Assembly (NCBI GenBank): GCA_023205875.1
Contig: CP060771.1
Coordinates: 186,001-250,000 of the forward strand
DNA from: Chloropicon primus
Lineage: Eukaryota
Reading direction: 5' to 3'
DNA: 64,000 nt
Of this stretch, positions 20,618 to 31,378 are shown piece after piece. The position numbers and the translations under genes were made by a program. Every line of letters begins with the position of its first letter. Position 1 is the stretch's first letter. The notes beneath the pieces were generated by a model. That model was not told where the DNA came from. It ran no database searches and worked only from the letters and a program-made list of their open reading frames with translations.

Positions 20618-22375
20618 TCATGGTGTTGCCCTGCTCCTCCACTTGGACACGAAAAAAGAAAGCATGATCGATGCGTAGAGGAGCGCTCCCAGAGCACCGT
20701 ACAGTATGACCCACGAAGTGACGAACAGGGAATCGTTCGAAAACATGAACAGCGGCAAGTCCAAAATTGTCATAAGGTAACCGAAGGCCACGATGATGTG
20801 CTGGGCACTCTTGTTCACTTTCCAAGATGCTTTCCCCTGCCAGTTTTGCATCCTTGGATTCAGCAAGGGCTGGCTGCAATCCCCCTGCCGGCGATGCCTT
20901 CCGCACTCCCTAGACACTTCCACCGTGTACCTGTCATCAAGCCTCGTCTTCGAAAAGTGGTAGTTTTTGGTAGTGTTCAACTTGTACCTCCCCGCGACGC
21001 ACGCGTTGAATGAGATGTGCTCACAGTCAGGCCTGCTGTGCTTGCCCCAAAAGTGACTTGCCCCAAAGTAGCGACATTCTTGCTGTTCGACCTCGTGCAT
21101 ATCGTAAATGGCTAGGCCGCCAAAGCAAGAATTCACCTCGTAGAGCCTCTTCCTCGTCCCCTCGTTTATCGAGACGTCTTTCACCCTACTCGCGACGAGC
21201 TCCCTCTCCTTGAGGTGCATGAACTTATCCCTCACCCAACGGTAGATCGACCCCTTCCACTTGGCGTTCTTCACGACCACGAGGTGGTGCTCGCTCGTGT
21301 CGGTCACCCAAGTCCTGTGCGCGTACGTGTCCCTGTAAATTCCCGCCAAGTACTTGCCATTGGAGCAGACCGTGGACCAAGGGCTCTTCTCCTCCTTCAT
21401 CCAAGTGATCGCTCCGAAGGAATCTAGGACGCCCTTGGGGTCCAGCCTCGCAATGTCCAAGTCTATCGTCACCATGTAATCATAATACCTTTGGGAGTGA
21501 TTCATCGCGTACACCATGCACTCGTTCCTGAGCCGGGCCAGAGTCCTTTCCCTCAACCCGTACACCCCGCGGTCCGGCATGTCGTCCTTCCGTTTCCGGC
21601 ACTTGTTCCAGCGGGAGTACCGGCTCCATTCGCTCGCCGTGGGCACGCTCACCCTCCCCTGCTTGTGCGACCTCTGCCAGTCCCTGAGCACTTTCCTCGT
21701 GTTGTCCTTGGAGCAGCTCTCGCAGACTTGAAACACGCTGTGCGGGAAGTACTCCAAGAGGTCATCCAAGTTCCTCGTCAGCGCCCCGAGGCTCTCCTCC
21801 GCATCTTTGACGATCCCAATGAAAAGGACCCTTGAGCTCCGCGCCTCCTCCTTCCCCTTGAGAACGTACCTATCGAGCGTGAACGAGTTCATCTTGTCGG
21901 ATATCCCGGTGTCCGTCTTCAGGTCGGCGATGTTGTGCCTCCTCAGCATCTTCCAGTGGTCGTACAGGCTGCAAGGGGCGTGGGGCGCCACCCCGGTCTT
22001 CTGGCAGGAGCACACGATGCCGAAGACAACGAGGGCAACCGTATACGTGATCAGCGGCAGGAGGGCCAGGAAGACGGTCGCGCACAGGACCCGGAGGCGC
22101 TTCCTCAGCCAGGCTCTCAGGGACGATGCGGCGGGCTTGCGATGTTGAGACCCGCTTGAGATGCGCTGGCCCTCCAGCACCCTCTCCATCTCCACCGGGT
22201 ACGACTGAGACCTACTGTGCGTGCGCTTGAGCAGCCGCCTCTCCTCCACGACTCGGGCGCCGGCGTCCCCCTCGTCCTCCTCCTCGTCCTCATCGGAGAA
22301 CGTGTCCATCTTCTTGCTCGGGGACGACCTCAGTGACATGCTCTCGCTAGAGAGCCACGTTCGGAGAAGGCTCAT
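20618..22375 (-). CDS. CAP59/GT69-like glycosyltransferase (putative mannosyltransferase)
   Basis: TM anchor, ESCSKDNTRKVL, LARLRNEC, DYMVTIDLD (DxD), VNSCFGGLAIY, DCEH motifs; two C-terminal TM segments. Confidence 0.75.
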   Translation of the reverse strand: MSLLRTWLSSESMSLRSSPSKKMDTFSDEDEEEDEGDAGARVVEERRLLKRTHSRSQSYPVEMERVLEGQRISSGSQHRKPAASSLRAWLRKRLRVLCATVFLALLPLITYTVALVVFGIVCSCQKTGVAPHAPCSLYDHWKMLRRHNIADLKTDTGISDKMNSFTLDRYVLKGKEEARSSRVLFIGIVKDAEESLGALTRNLDDLLEYFPHSVFQVCESCSKDNTRKVLRDWQRSHKQGRVSVPTASEWSRYSRWNKCRKRKDDMPDRGVYGLRERTLARLRNECMVYAMNHSQRYYDYMVTIDLDIARLDPKGVLDSFGAITWMKEEKSPWSTVCSNGKYLAGIYRDTYAHRTWVTDTSEHHLVVVKNAKWKGSIYRWVRDKFMHLKERELVASRVKDVSINEGTRKRLYEVNSCFGGLAIYDMHEVEQQECRYFGASHFWGKHSRPDCEHISFNACVAGRYKLNTTKNYHFSKTRLDDRYTVEVSRECGRHRRQGDCSQPLLNPRMQNWQGKASWKVNKSAQHIIVAFGYLMTILDLPLFMFSNDSLFVTSWVILYGALGALLYASIMLSFFVSKWRSRATP

Positions 22376-22639
22376 GGTTGGTGATGGACGGTGACGGTGA
22401 CGGTCACGGTGGTGAAGAAGATGGTGACGGTGACAATGGTGATGGGTGGGTGGGTTCCTCTCCTCTCCTCTTGGTTGGTGGTTTCCTTGGGTGTTCCTTT
22501 CTCTCTCGGTCTCGCGTCAACACTTTCGCATCCTCGGTGGGAAGCCAAACGGACAACGCAAAGGACGCAACGCTTCCGTCTTCTCCTTCGAGTAGAACGG
22601 AACGGAACGCGCCCGCGAACAAAACGAACAAAACAACGA

Positions 22640-22661
22640 GACAGAGACAGAGAGACAGACG

Positions 22662-22710
<49 letters not shown>
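22640..22710. repeat. (GA)n/(GACA)n microsatellite; similar tracts near 6325, 29666, 34090, 39738, 46787-46835
   Basis: Directly visible dinucleotide runs in intergenic, UTR and intron DNA. Confidence 0.95.
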
Positions 22711-22712
<2 letters not shown>

Positions 22713-23241
22713 TTCTTTCAGGTTCCAAGCTTTGGCAAGCAAGGCAAAGCGTTTCTCCGTTCACCGTTCTCCGTCGTCGAAAAAAAAAAGGAGGAGAGCG
22801 CGAGCGCGAGCGCGAGCGCAAGTGAAGAGTCTCTTCCGTGTCTCCTCCTCCTCCTCCTCCGGGCACAGCCTTCCTTACCTCTCCCTCTCTCTCTCTCTTT
22901 GCCGCCCGTGTTACATGCGTTACGAAAACGAAACCCGAAAACCCTCGTCCATCGAATGTTTTTTCGCTCCTCACCGCCCCAGACAGTGGAGACCAGAACG
23001 CGGAAGAGCGGGCTGCTTTGCAAAACGTCCAACCGCAACGCGCGTGGACGAGAGGGGATAGGAAGGGGATAGGAAGGAGGCGCAATCTCAATCTCTTTGC
23101 ATCCCTCCGCTTTCCTCACACGCGTGCGCGCGCGCGCTCTCGGTCTCTCGGTCTCGGTCTCGGTCTTCGCTCTTGAGGAGCGGGAAGGGGGGGGTCTCGG
23201 GTCGTTACCGGTAACGCTCCACGTGGAGGAGGAGGGAGAAG

Positions 23242-24915
23242 ATGTCGTCCGCTCTGGAGTTGTTTCCGGACAATCCGTACTTCGTGTACAGTCCGGAAGG
23301 ACAGAAGCGGTCCAAGGAGAACGACGACGAGGAGAGCGAAGGGGACTACGCCGAGAGTGTGAGTACGGTGTGCAGTGAGGAGCTCCAGAGGCAAGCCAGG
23401 AGGAACGACGACAAGGCTGGCGTTCGGAAGAGGATGAGGCCCTTTGGGTTTTTCAGGAGGCAGGGATCCGGAAGGGCTTCCCGTCAGTCGAAGCAGGGGA
23501 CCACGGAGGAGGAGGAAGAAGCGCGCGGCGACGGCGTGTCCGTGCCGGAGGCCACCATCGAGGACGAGGACCAGCATCCTGCAACTCCTCCGCGGTCCTC
23601 GCAAAAGCCACTGGTTGTGGGGAGCCCTGGCACGGTCGTGCTGGACGTGGGCTCCCCCGAGAGCTCCTTCCCGGTGCAGACGCGGACGGAGTCGGCCGAG
23701 TTCGTGAACTTCTGCGCCGATCACCTCGAGAAGCACAAGACGAGCAAGGGGGCGATGAAGAAGAAGAAGAGGACGATGAGGGTCAGCGACGTGGCACAAG
23801 AGGGGGAGTCCCAGAGAGGCAAGGGGGATCTCGAGTCGCAGGGCTCGCCCCCCCCGGGCGAGAGGTGTTGCGGGATGTGCCGCGACAGGAAGGTCAGAGT
23901 CCTCTTCGCCGTTCTGGCGACGCTCGTCCTCCTGGCCGTTATCGCCGTACCCGTTGCCCTCGTGCTGACGAGGGGCAGCAGCAAGAGCGAAGGCGAGGCC
24001 GTGGCCGCCGCGGCGGCCACGAAGCAGCCACCGGCGGGCAGGCCCACCACACCGTGGTCCTCCGAGTCGTTCGGGGGAAGGCTGGAGCAGGACGACGGTG
24101 CCTCGGCGCCGGGTCCGGATTCGGCCTTCAAGGCCAAGGCGGACGGGGTTGCGGGCGAAGCCCCGCTGGAGAAGAAGTCCGGCTCGCAGGATCGTGTCCA
24201 GACGGACGAGGCCCGAGACGACGCTCTTCCCGGCCCCGCCAGCGTGCCGCTGCTCCCCGAGAAGAAATCCTTGGACGGGAATCCGGCGTGGAAGCAGTGC
24301 CTCGCCGACCCGAGCGAGTGTCTTGTCCTGGACCTCCACGGCCTGGACTTGGCCGGATCGATCCCGGAGGAGGTTGGCTCGCTCACGGAGCTCAGGAAGC
24401 TTGATCTTTCAGGAAACCTCCTGACGGGAGGTATTCCGGAATCGATCGGGAACCTCACGTTCCTGGAGCAGCTGATGATGGACAACAATGAGTTGAGTGG
24501 AGAGATTCCCAGCGAGATTGCGAATCTCGTGAACCTGTTCGACCTCAGGCTGCACAACAACGATCTCTCCGGGACCATCCCCGAAGGCATCGGCAACTTG
24601 ACTGGCTTGGAGATGCTCTCCCTGAGCAGGAACGACCTCTCCGGCGAGATCCCAGCGAGCATCGGTCAGATGACGTCCCTCATGGGGATGTGGCTCCACA
24701 ACAATCGGCTGACCGGGACGATTCCTGACGATCTCGGCGCCTTAACGGATCTCAGGTACTTTTGGGCCTACGGCAATCAGCTCAGCGGCGGCATCCCCGT
24801 GTCCATAACCAGGCTTGCCAAGCTTGTCGAGTTCAAAGTCGACGTCCAAGTCCTCGAAAACAGCACCGTAGAAGTTTTGGACTTCCTCGAACAAAAGCTC
24901 AAGATGTTAAATTGA
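23242..24915 (+). CDS. Single-pass membrane protein with C-terminal plant-type leucine-rich repeats
   Basis: Central TM (VLFAVLATLVLLAVIAVPVALVL) and about seven LxxLxLxxNxLSGxIP repeats. Confidence 0.9.
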   Translation: MSSALELFPDNPYFVYSPEGQKRSKENDDEESEGDYAESVSTVCSEELQRQARRNDDKAGVRKRMRPFGFFRRQGSGRASRQSKQGTTEEEEEARGDGVSVPEATIEDEDQHPATPPRSSQKPLVVGSPGTVVLDVGSPESSFPVQTRTESAEFVNFCADHLEKHKTSKGAMKKKKRTMRVSDVAQEGESQRGKGDLESQGSPPPGERCCGMCRDRKVRVLFAVLATLVLLAVIAVPVALVLTRGSSKSEGEAVAAAAATKQPPAGRPTTPWSSESFGGRLEQDDGASAPGPDSAFKAKADGVAGEAPLEKKSGSQDRVQTDEARDDALPGPASVPLLPEKKSLDGNPAWKQCLADPSECLVLDLHGLDLAGSIPEEVGSLTELRKLDLSGNLLTGGIPESIGNLTFLEQLMMDNNELSGEIPSEIANLVNLFDLRLHNNDLSGTIPEGIGNLTGLEMLSLSRNDLSGEIPASIGQMTSLMGMWLHNNRLTGTIPDDLGALTDLRYFWAYGNQLSGGIPVSITRLAKLVEFKVDVQVLENSTVEVLDFLEQKLKMLN

Positions 24916-25281
24916 ATTGAATTGAAAATTGTATGTACTTGTATGTCTCTTCCTTGTGCTGCTTTAGGTTTTTCCTGACATCCCTCCCTCTTCGGGCGTG
25001 AACGAGACCCGTCGTGCAGGCTGCAGACTGCAGAGCATCCACCTCCTTCGGTTGTCCTCCTCCTCCTGAAGAGAGAGAGAGAGAGAGGATCATTGTGGAT
25101 GCAAGGAGAAATAGCAAGAGGAGGAGGAGGAGGAGGAGAGAACCCACACACCACGCACAACACACACACACCATCAATCACCATCACCATCACCATCACC
25201 ATCATCGTCTGTTTTCTGAGTGTAAAACTGAGTGAGTGAAAAAATATAAAATTAAGAAAGAGAAGAGAGAGAGAGGCAACC

Positions 25282-26337
25282 ATGGCGTTCAAGGTCACGT
25301 TCGTCCGCTTCACCTTGAAGCTCGCGAACATCACCTTGCTCCTTCTTGGTGAGTATCATCCATCCATTCCATCCATTCCGTCGGGCACCGTGGTGTCACG
25401 TCATTTCGTGTGCCAAGCTTTCTCTCTCTCTCTCTCTCTCTCGAGAAGCGAAACGAATCGAAAAAGTAATCCTTTTCCTGACGTGTTCTTCTTCTTCGTG
25501 TTTGGCATGGCGCATGGGTTAGGTCTGTCCATGGGCTTGTACGCACTTTCGACGTATACCGAGTACAAGAAGCTGAAGGGAGAAACGCACAACGTGACGG
25601 AGGTCTTCCATCTTCAACAACATCACCATGACCAACAACAACATGGTTCAGAGTATCTTGAGGGGATGCAACTCAGTAGTCCCCTGCTGAGCGACAACAA
25701 CAACAACTTCAACTGGTTGAACAGCACCAAGGTGCCGGTCTACATCACGGGCTTAGGTGAGTGAATGGCTTGAAAGGTGTGTAGGGATGTGTTTGCTGAC
25801 AAAGTGTTTCCTCTCTCTGCGCGGAACGACGACGACGACGACGACACAGGTGGTGCAGGTGTTTTCACTATTGTCACCGCCACAACTGGGTTGTATGCCA
25901 CGGACAGTGGTGGTGCATTGTGCCTGAACTTGTATTCGTTCGAGCTCCTCGTCATGTTCATCTTCCAAGCCACGGTGGTGGGTCTAATCTACTCGAACAG
26001 GTTCCATATTCCGGACGACCAGAGGAAGTCCGCGGAGCACTCCAAGTTCTTCAGGTTTTTGGAAAAGCAAGAGAAGATAAGCAAGGTCATCGCGGTCTCC
26101 ATTCTTTGCATCCAGGTGGTTTGCATCTGTTGTGCCTGCCTGCTCAAGAGGATGAAGTGGAAGCCCAGGGACGAGTTTGACTTTGATGACTACGAGGCGT
26201 CCTCGCCAACGAACAGGCAACCTCTGCTGCACTTTGCGGACCCCGACAGGTCTGGTTCGAGTTCCTCAAGGAAGAAGAAGAAGAAGAAGAGGGGAAAATC
26301 GTCGGACATTAGAGACAAGTACTACGACGACGTCTGA
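25282..26337 (+). CDS. Tetraspanin-like protein (TOM2A/TET18-20-like); exons 25282-25348, 25523-25756, 25850-26337
   Basis: Four TM segments, LKLANITLLLLG start, CLNLYS motif, acidic DEFDFDDY tail; frame-consistent introns. Confidence 0.75.
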
Positions 26338-26500
26338 CGAAGCTTTGGGTTGTGGCGACTGTGGTTTTTCCGAGTGTTCATGCACACAAGCGCACGCACC
26401 GCACCGCACCGAAGAAAAGACTGAAAAAACAACAACAACCAACCAAGTAAAATATACAACATAGCACGTTTTCCTCACCACCGCAATCTATCCCTCCTCC

Positions 26501-27156
26501 TCAAAACTCCTCCACTTCCTGCTGAACGAAGCCGCAGACGGAGCAGACCCAGTTTCCATCCGGACTCGTCGGCGCCCGGAAGGTGTGGACGTGGGCCTCG
26601 CCATAATCCCTCTCCACCTTCTCCTTGACCACCTTGAGCCTCTTCCCCTTCCTTTCGTTCTTCAGCTTGGTCTCCACGCGGCGTTCCTGACGCTTCAGTA
26701 TCCGCTTCCTGATCCTTTCGTCCCTCGTGTGCTCCAAGTCTTCCTCGTCCCCGTGCTTCAACCTGCTCACCTCTGACACTTGAGACTCCAAGTACAGCTT
26801 CATCTTTGACCATTCCCTGTGCCTTGGGTTCTCCTTGGAGAGGCTTCCCAACCGGGACAGGTCTCCATCAGTCACCAAGTACTTCTGCTTGGCCAGACTC
26901 TGTCAAACATCAACGCGCAAGAGACAGACACAAACAATGTGGTCGTGGTGGTGGGTGTGAGCATAGGAGCACGGTGCCCACAGGTCGGACCGCAATGCCT
27001 TACCTTGTTGATGAGCTTTTCGTCCCTCTTGCACGAATCACACAGAGCGATGCCAAAAGCTTCAAAGTACTCGCGGGAGTAACTCAAGCAACCACACCTG
27101 CTGCAGGCCTTGGTGCCTCGGCCTCCTTCACCTGCAGACGAATCACCGTCAGGCAT
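26501..27156 (-). CDS. XPA: DNA damage recognition protein XPA/Rad14 homolog; intron 26900-27003; true start uncertain
   Basis: C4 zinc finger CSRC..LCDSC, AKQKYLVTDGDL, KENPRHREWSKMKLYLESQV, HVHTF, CSVCG..EEF C-terminus. Confidence 0.88.
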
Positions 27157-27323
27157 CCTTCGACGCCGTGGGGTCGAGGTGCAGACCAGAGCACCAGCAA
27201 GAGGTGACGAGGAAGGCGCCCCCCTCCCTCTCTCCTTCTCTCTCTACCCCTCTGACTCCGTCTCCCGTCGTCGTCGTGCCATGGTCATTCCTCCGCTCGT
27301 CGTCTTCGTCTGTCTGATGTAAT

Positions 27324-27590
27324 ATGAGGACGATCACGATCGAGCGAGATCTTGTCCTGGAGCTGAAAGGATTGGATTGTGGGGTAAAGGTCGGTCAGCT
27401 CCTTTCCTCTCGGCCTGACGTGGCTCCGATGGAGTACGTTAGGGTCCTCAGCGACTTGCTGGACTCCATCCCACCTCGGCCGTGGGCGGAGGTTCAAGGA
27501 ACCTTGGAGAGGGAGCTTGGCAAGGACTGGAGGAACACTGAAGTGTGGTGTGACGATCAAGGTAAGGGTAGAAGGTTAAAAGTGGATTAA
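27324..27590 (+). pseudogene. Orphan fragment of an ABC1/UbiB atypical kinase
   Basis: VKVGQLLSSRPDVAPMEYVRVLSDLLDSIPPRPWAEVQGTLERELG matches the ABC1K KxGQ region; no room for the kinase domain before the next gene. Confidence 0.7.
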
Positions 27591-27607
27591 AAGAATCTCA
27601 ATCATCA

Positions 27608-28808
27608 TCATCCGCGGTGCAGTTGCTGCTGCTGCTGCTGCTTCTCCATGTACTGGTTCCTGAACTCGTTGACGTACTGGATGAAGATGCCCTGGAGCTT
27701 CTCGTTCTGGTACTGCATGGGGTTTGGGATGTTCCCGTTCATGGGTTGAAGGACCGGGGGGGGCGGCATCTGGAGGACGGTCGCCGGCAGAGGCGCCTCG
27801 ATCCTGGCCTGCGCCCTGGGTTCCATGCTGGGCTCGATCAGGTCCAGCTTCGCCTCGATCTTAGGCATGTCTGCCGTCCAGCCCAGCCAGACGAACTTCC
27901 CGCCAGGAATTCTCTTGAGGAGCCTCATCGACGTGAGGACGTTCGCTACGTCGTACAACCTGCGCACTTTGGTTTTCAGCTGGACCGAGTCGGGGTCTCC
28001 GCCAAGGAGCTTCTTCGCCGCGTCCTCGAGGGAGACGCAGACCGTTTGCTGTCTCCCCTCCCCTTCGCCGCTCTCCTCGTGCTGCTGCCTTTCTCCCTCC
28101 TCCTCGACCTGCAAGAGGAACATCTGGATGAACTTCTGAGAGAGGAGCCCCAGGGACTTCTCTCTCCTGCCGTCCGGGGTTCCCGGAGACTTGTCCCCGT
28201 TGGGCTCGAACCTACCCGTCTTTATCCTCTCAAGGGCCACGGGGACTCTCTCGAGGCCGTGCCAAGCGTAGAGGTTCTTCGCCCTTCTAACCACAACCTC
28301 CACACTCTCGAGAACGTTCACGATGTCGTATATCCTCCTCCTGCGAGGCGCGGCCGCGGCGACCGACCGACGGACCCAAGCACGAGTTCACCAACCAATC
28401 GAGTCCAGTCCACAGAGCAGCACGGGAAAGGAATCGAACGGGAGGAAGGAGTCATCGTCATGTCAGTGAACTTGCCCAAGACCACCGGACTCCAAGCAAA
28501 ACTCGTGAGAGAGAGAGCGAAGGGATGTTGGGATCACCCAATTGGGTTGGTTGCCCGACTTAACGCGAGGACGACCTCCATGCCTTGAATAAGAAAAGAA
28601 ATTCGTCATGATCCTCTCTCCTCCTCCTCCTCGTCGCTTACCTCTCCACGCCAAGGCTGGTCGCCGCATTATCCAACGTTATCAGTTTGTCGTGGGGTCC
28701 TCTGCTTTCGTAAAGGGCCAAAAAGTTCTCGCAAAGAAGTCCAAGCGACTTGTCCTTTCGGTTGTACGTCGTCGGCCCAGTGCCGTTCGGGCTGCTCGTC
28801 GACGCCAT
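27608..28808 (-). CDS. DEL: Atypical E2F (DEL / E2F7-8 type) with two DNA-binding domains; intron 28341-28641
   Basis: YNRKDKSLGLLCENF..VERRRIYDIVNVLES and RREKSLGLLSQKF..VRRLYDVANVL. Confidence 0.95.
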
Positions 28809-29077
28809 CTCTCTCTCTCTCTCCCTCTCTCTCCTGCCAACCACAAACTCAATCGAATCGAATGCTCTCTTGCTCCCAAGAGAAACGAAAAACGAATTGA
28901 AAATGGAATGAATGAATGCGCAAAATGGAACGCAAACTGTCGAAGGGACAGCCGATCGTTTCGCCTCCTCGAAGTTGTCGTGATCGCGGGGCAAGGCAAC
29001 GTCTTCGCTCCTCCGATCGCTCTTGCGTTGGGTTGTGATCGATCGCGATCGATCAAGTTTGGGTTGGAGAACGATCT

Positions 29078-29093
29078 GGCGCGAAAGTTTCAA
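29078..29093. promoter_or_regulatory. E2F-type site (TTTCGCGCC on - strand) next to a CHR-like TTCAAA in the DEL/RFC3 divergent promoter
   Basis: ggcgcgaaagtttcaaa; both flanking genes are known classes of E2F target in plants and animals. Confidence 0.55.
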
Positions 29094-29663
29094 AAATGAA
29101 AACGAAGGGAAAAAAGGCGCGTGATCGATCAGATCGATCATCGATCGGCGCGCGATCGGCGAACGAGGGGAACCAAGGTGAGTTGGAACGCGATCGGGAC
29201 GAGTAAGGCGACGACGGAGGGGAAGGGGAGGTCCACAGATCGAATATTCGTCTCGTCCTCGTTCGAAAGAATCCTCCGTCGAGTGATTTGGTGGTCGAGT
29301 GAGGCTGAAACGACGAATGGGTTTGCTTCGTTCCTCATGGGGGATCCAGGAGGTACCAGGGGGAGTTAGGAGCGATCGGGGCGAGGGAATTGAGGGAAAC
29401 GGGAAGGAGGAGGCGCGTAGGTCGATACGTCGCGTGGATATCTTTCGAAAGAGACCTCTGTGGAGTGTTTTGAAGCTCTGCTGGTGGAGGATTTGTTGAA
29501 ACTCGACTCGAGTGCGCTTGCTTCTTGTTCTTTGCCGTGGGATCGCAGACCGAGGTTGGTTAGACTGGGGGTGCGGGGAGGTTGCTTGCTTCGGAATCGT
29601 CGCGGATCCCCTCTTTCGAAATCGACGACGTCGTGGCGAGGTTTTGGAAAGACTGAAGCGCAA

Positions 29664-29709
<46 letters not shown>

Positions 29710-29728
29710 TCTCTTTGGGGTGCAGGGG

Positions 29729-31008
29729 ATGTCTTTGTGGGTGGATAAGCACCGGCCGAGGAGTCTTGACAAGCTCGTCGTGCACTCCAGGCAGGCCAAG
29801 CAGTTAAAGAAGCTCGTTTCTGCTGGGGACTGCCCTCACCTTCTTTTCTACGGGTAAGAGAGCGCCGCGGCGCAGGACGGCGAAGCCAAGCCAGCTTCAA
29901 CGTTTGCTTTCTGGGCCCTGCCCTGCGCACATCTTCTGACACCTCGCGTTGACGTTCTGTCCCTGCTTTGTTCCGCTGCAGGCCAAGTGGCGCGGGGAAA
30001 AAGACGCTCTGCCTGGCGACGCTGAGGGAGCTCTTCGGTCCGGGCGCGGAGAAGCTGAAAACGGAGCAGAAGACTTGGCAGATCCAGCTGCCCACCCGGA
30101 AGATTGAGGTCGAGCTGGCCACCGTCAGCAGCAACTACCACTTGGAGCTCAGCCCCAGCGAGGCCGGGAGGCGGGACGTTCACGTCGTGCAGGAGGTCAT
30201 CAAAGAGATGGCGAAGACCAAGTCAAGCAACGCGATGTTCCAGGAGCAAAGCAACATGTTCGGCGCCGCCAAGGGGCAGCAAGGCTCTCAGGAGAAGAAG
30301 AAGGGCGAGGCACCAAAGTCCGTCAAGTGCACGTACAAGGTCCTTCTCATCAACGAGGTGGACCGGCTCACGAGCCACGCTCAGCACGCTCTGAGGAGGA
30401 CCATGGAAAAGTACAGCAAGCAGTGCAGACTGGTGATGACTTGCACCAACCTGAGCAAGGTCATTGACCCTGTGCAGTCAAGGTGCGTGTGCGTGAGGGT
30501 CAAAGCTCCGAAGCAGGGCGAGATGAAGTCCCTCGTTGCCCAGGTGGCGGAGAAGGAGAGACTGACGCTGCCCGAAACTCTAGCGGAAAGAATTGCTGAG
30601 GGGTCCAACAGAAGCATGCGAAGAGCTCTCCTCATGCTGGAGACCTGCAAGATCAATCGGTACCCCTTTGAGGAGAACCAGGAGATCCAGCTGCCCGAGT
30701 GGGAGCTTTTCATCAAGGAAATCGCCCAGAGCATTTTGAAGGAGCAGACCCCGAAGAGTCTGTTCCAGGTGAGGGAGATGCTGTACAAGCTCCTCGTGAA
30801 CTGCGTCCCGGCGGACCTGATCTTCGCCAAGCTCGCGCAGGAGCTCATGTGCAAGTTGGACGACGAGCTCAAGTACGAGATCGTGAAGATGGCGGCCACC
30901 TTTGAGCACAGGCTGCGACTTGGGACCAAGCCCATCATCCACCTTGAGGCCTTTGTGGCAAAATTCATGAGCTCGTACAAGGAGTGGAGCATCAGAATTT
31001 TCGGTTAA
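29729..31008 (+). CDS. RFC3: Replication factor C subunit 3 (yeast Rfc5 type); intron 29854-29981
   Basis: MSLWVDKHRP, HLLFYGPSGAGKKT, AQHALRRTMEKY, QSRC, HLEAFVAKFM. Confidence 0.96.
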
Positions 31009-31223
31009 AGACCGCCGCTAGCGTGAGTTTACGAGCTAAACCAAGGCCTTTCGTTGTATATTAGAGAGATTCAGCCAGCTCCTTCCCTTTCCTTTCCTCC
31101 TGACACAACTCCTGCATCCCTTTCGCTCGTTCTTGGATTGGATTTCTTCCGTTCCAGTTCAGTTCAGGCCAGCGAGGCAGAGGGGGCGTCACTCAACTCT
31201 GGAGGCCAACGAGGACGACAAGA

Positions 31224-31256
<33 letters not shown>

Positions 31257-31378
31257 GGAGGGAGGCCGAGGAAGAGGCCAAGGACGAGTGGAGAAGGGCA
31301 AGCTCTGCAAGAAAGGTGCCACTTTTGAACCCAAGGCCGAGGAAAGAGACCCACACCGTCCCCGTTGAGTTTAGGACT

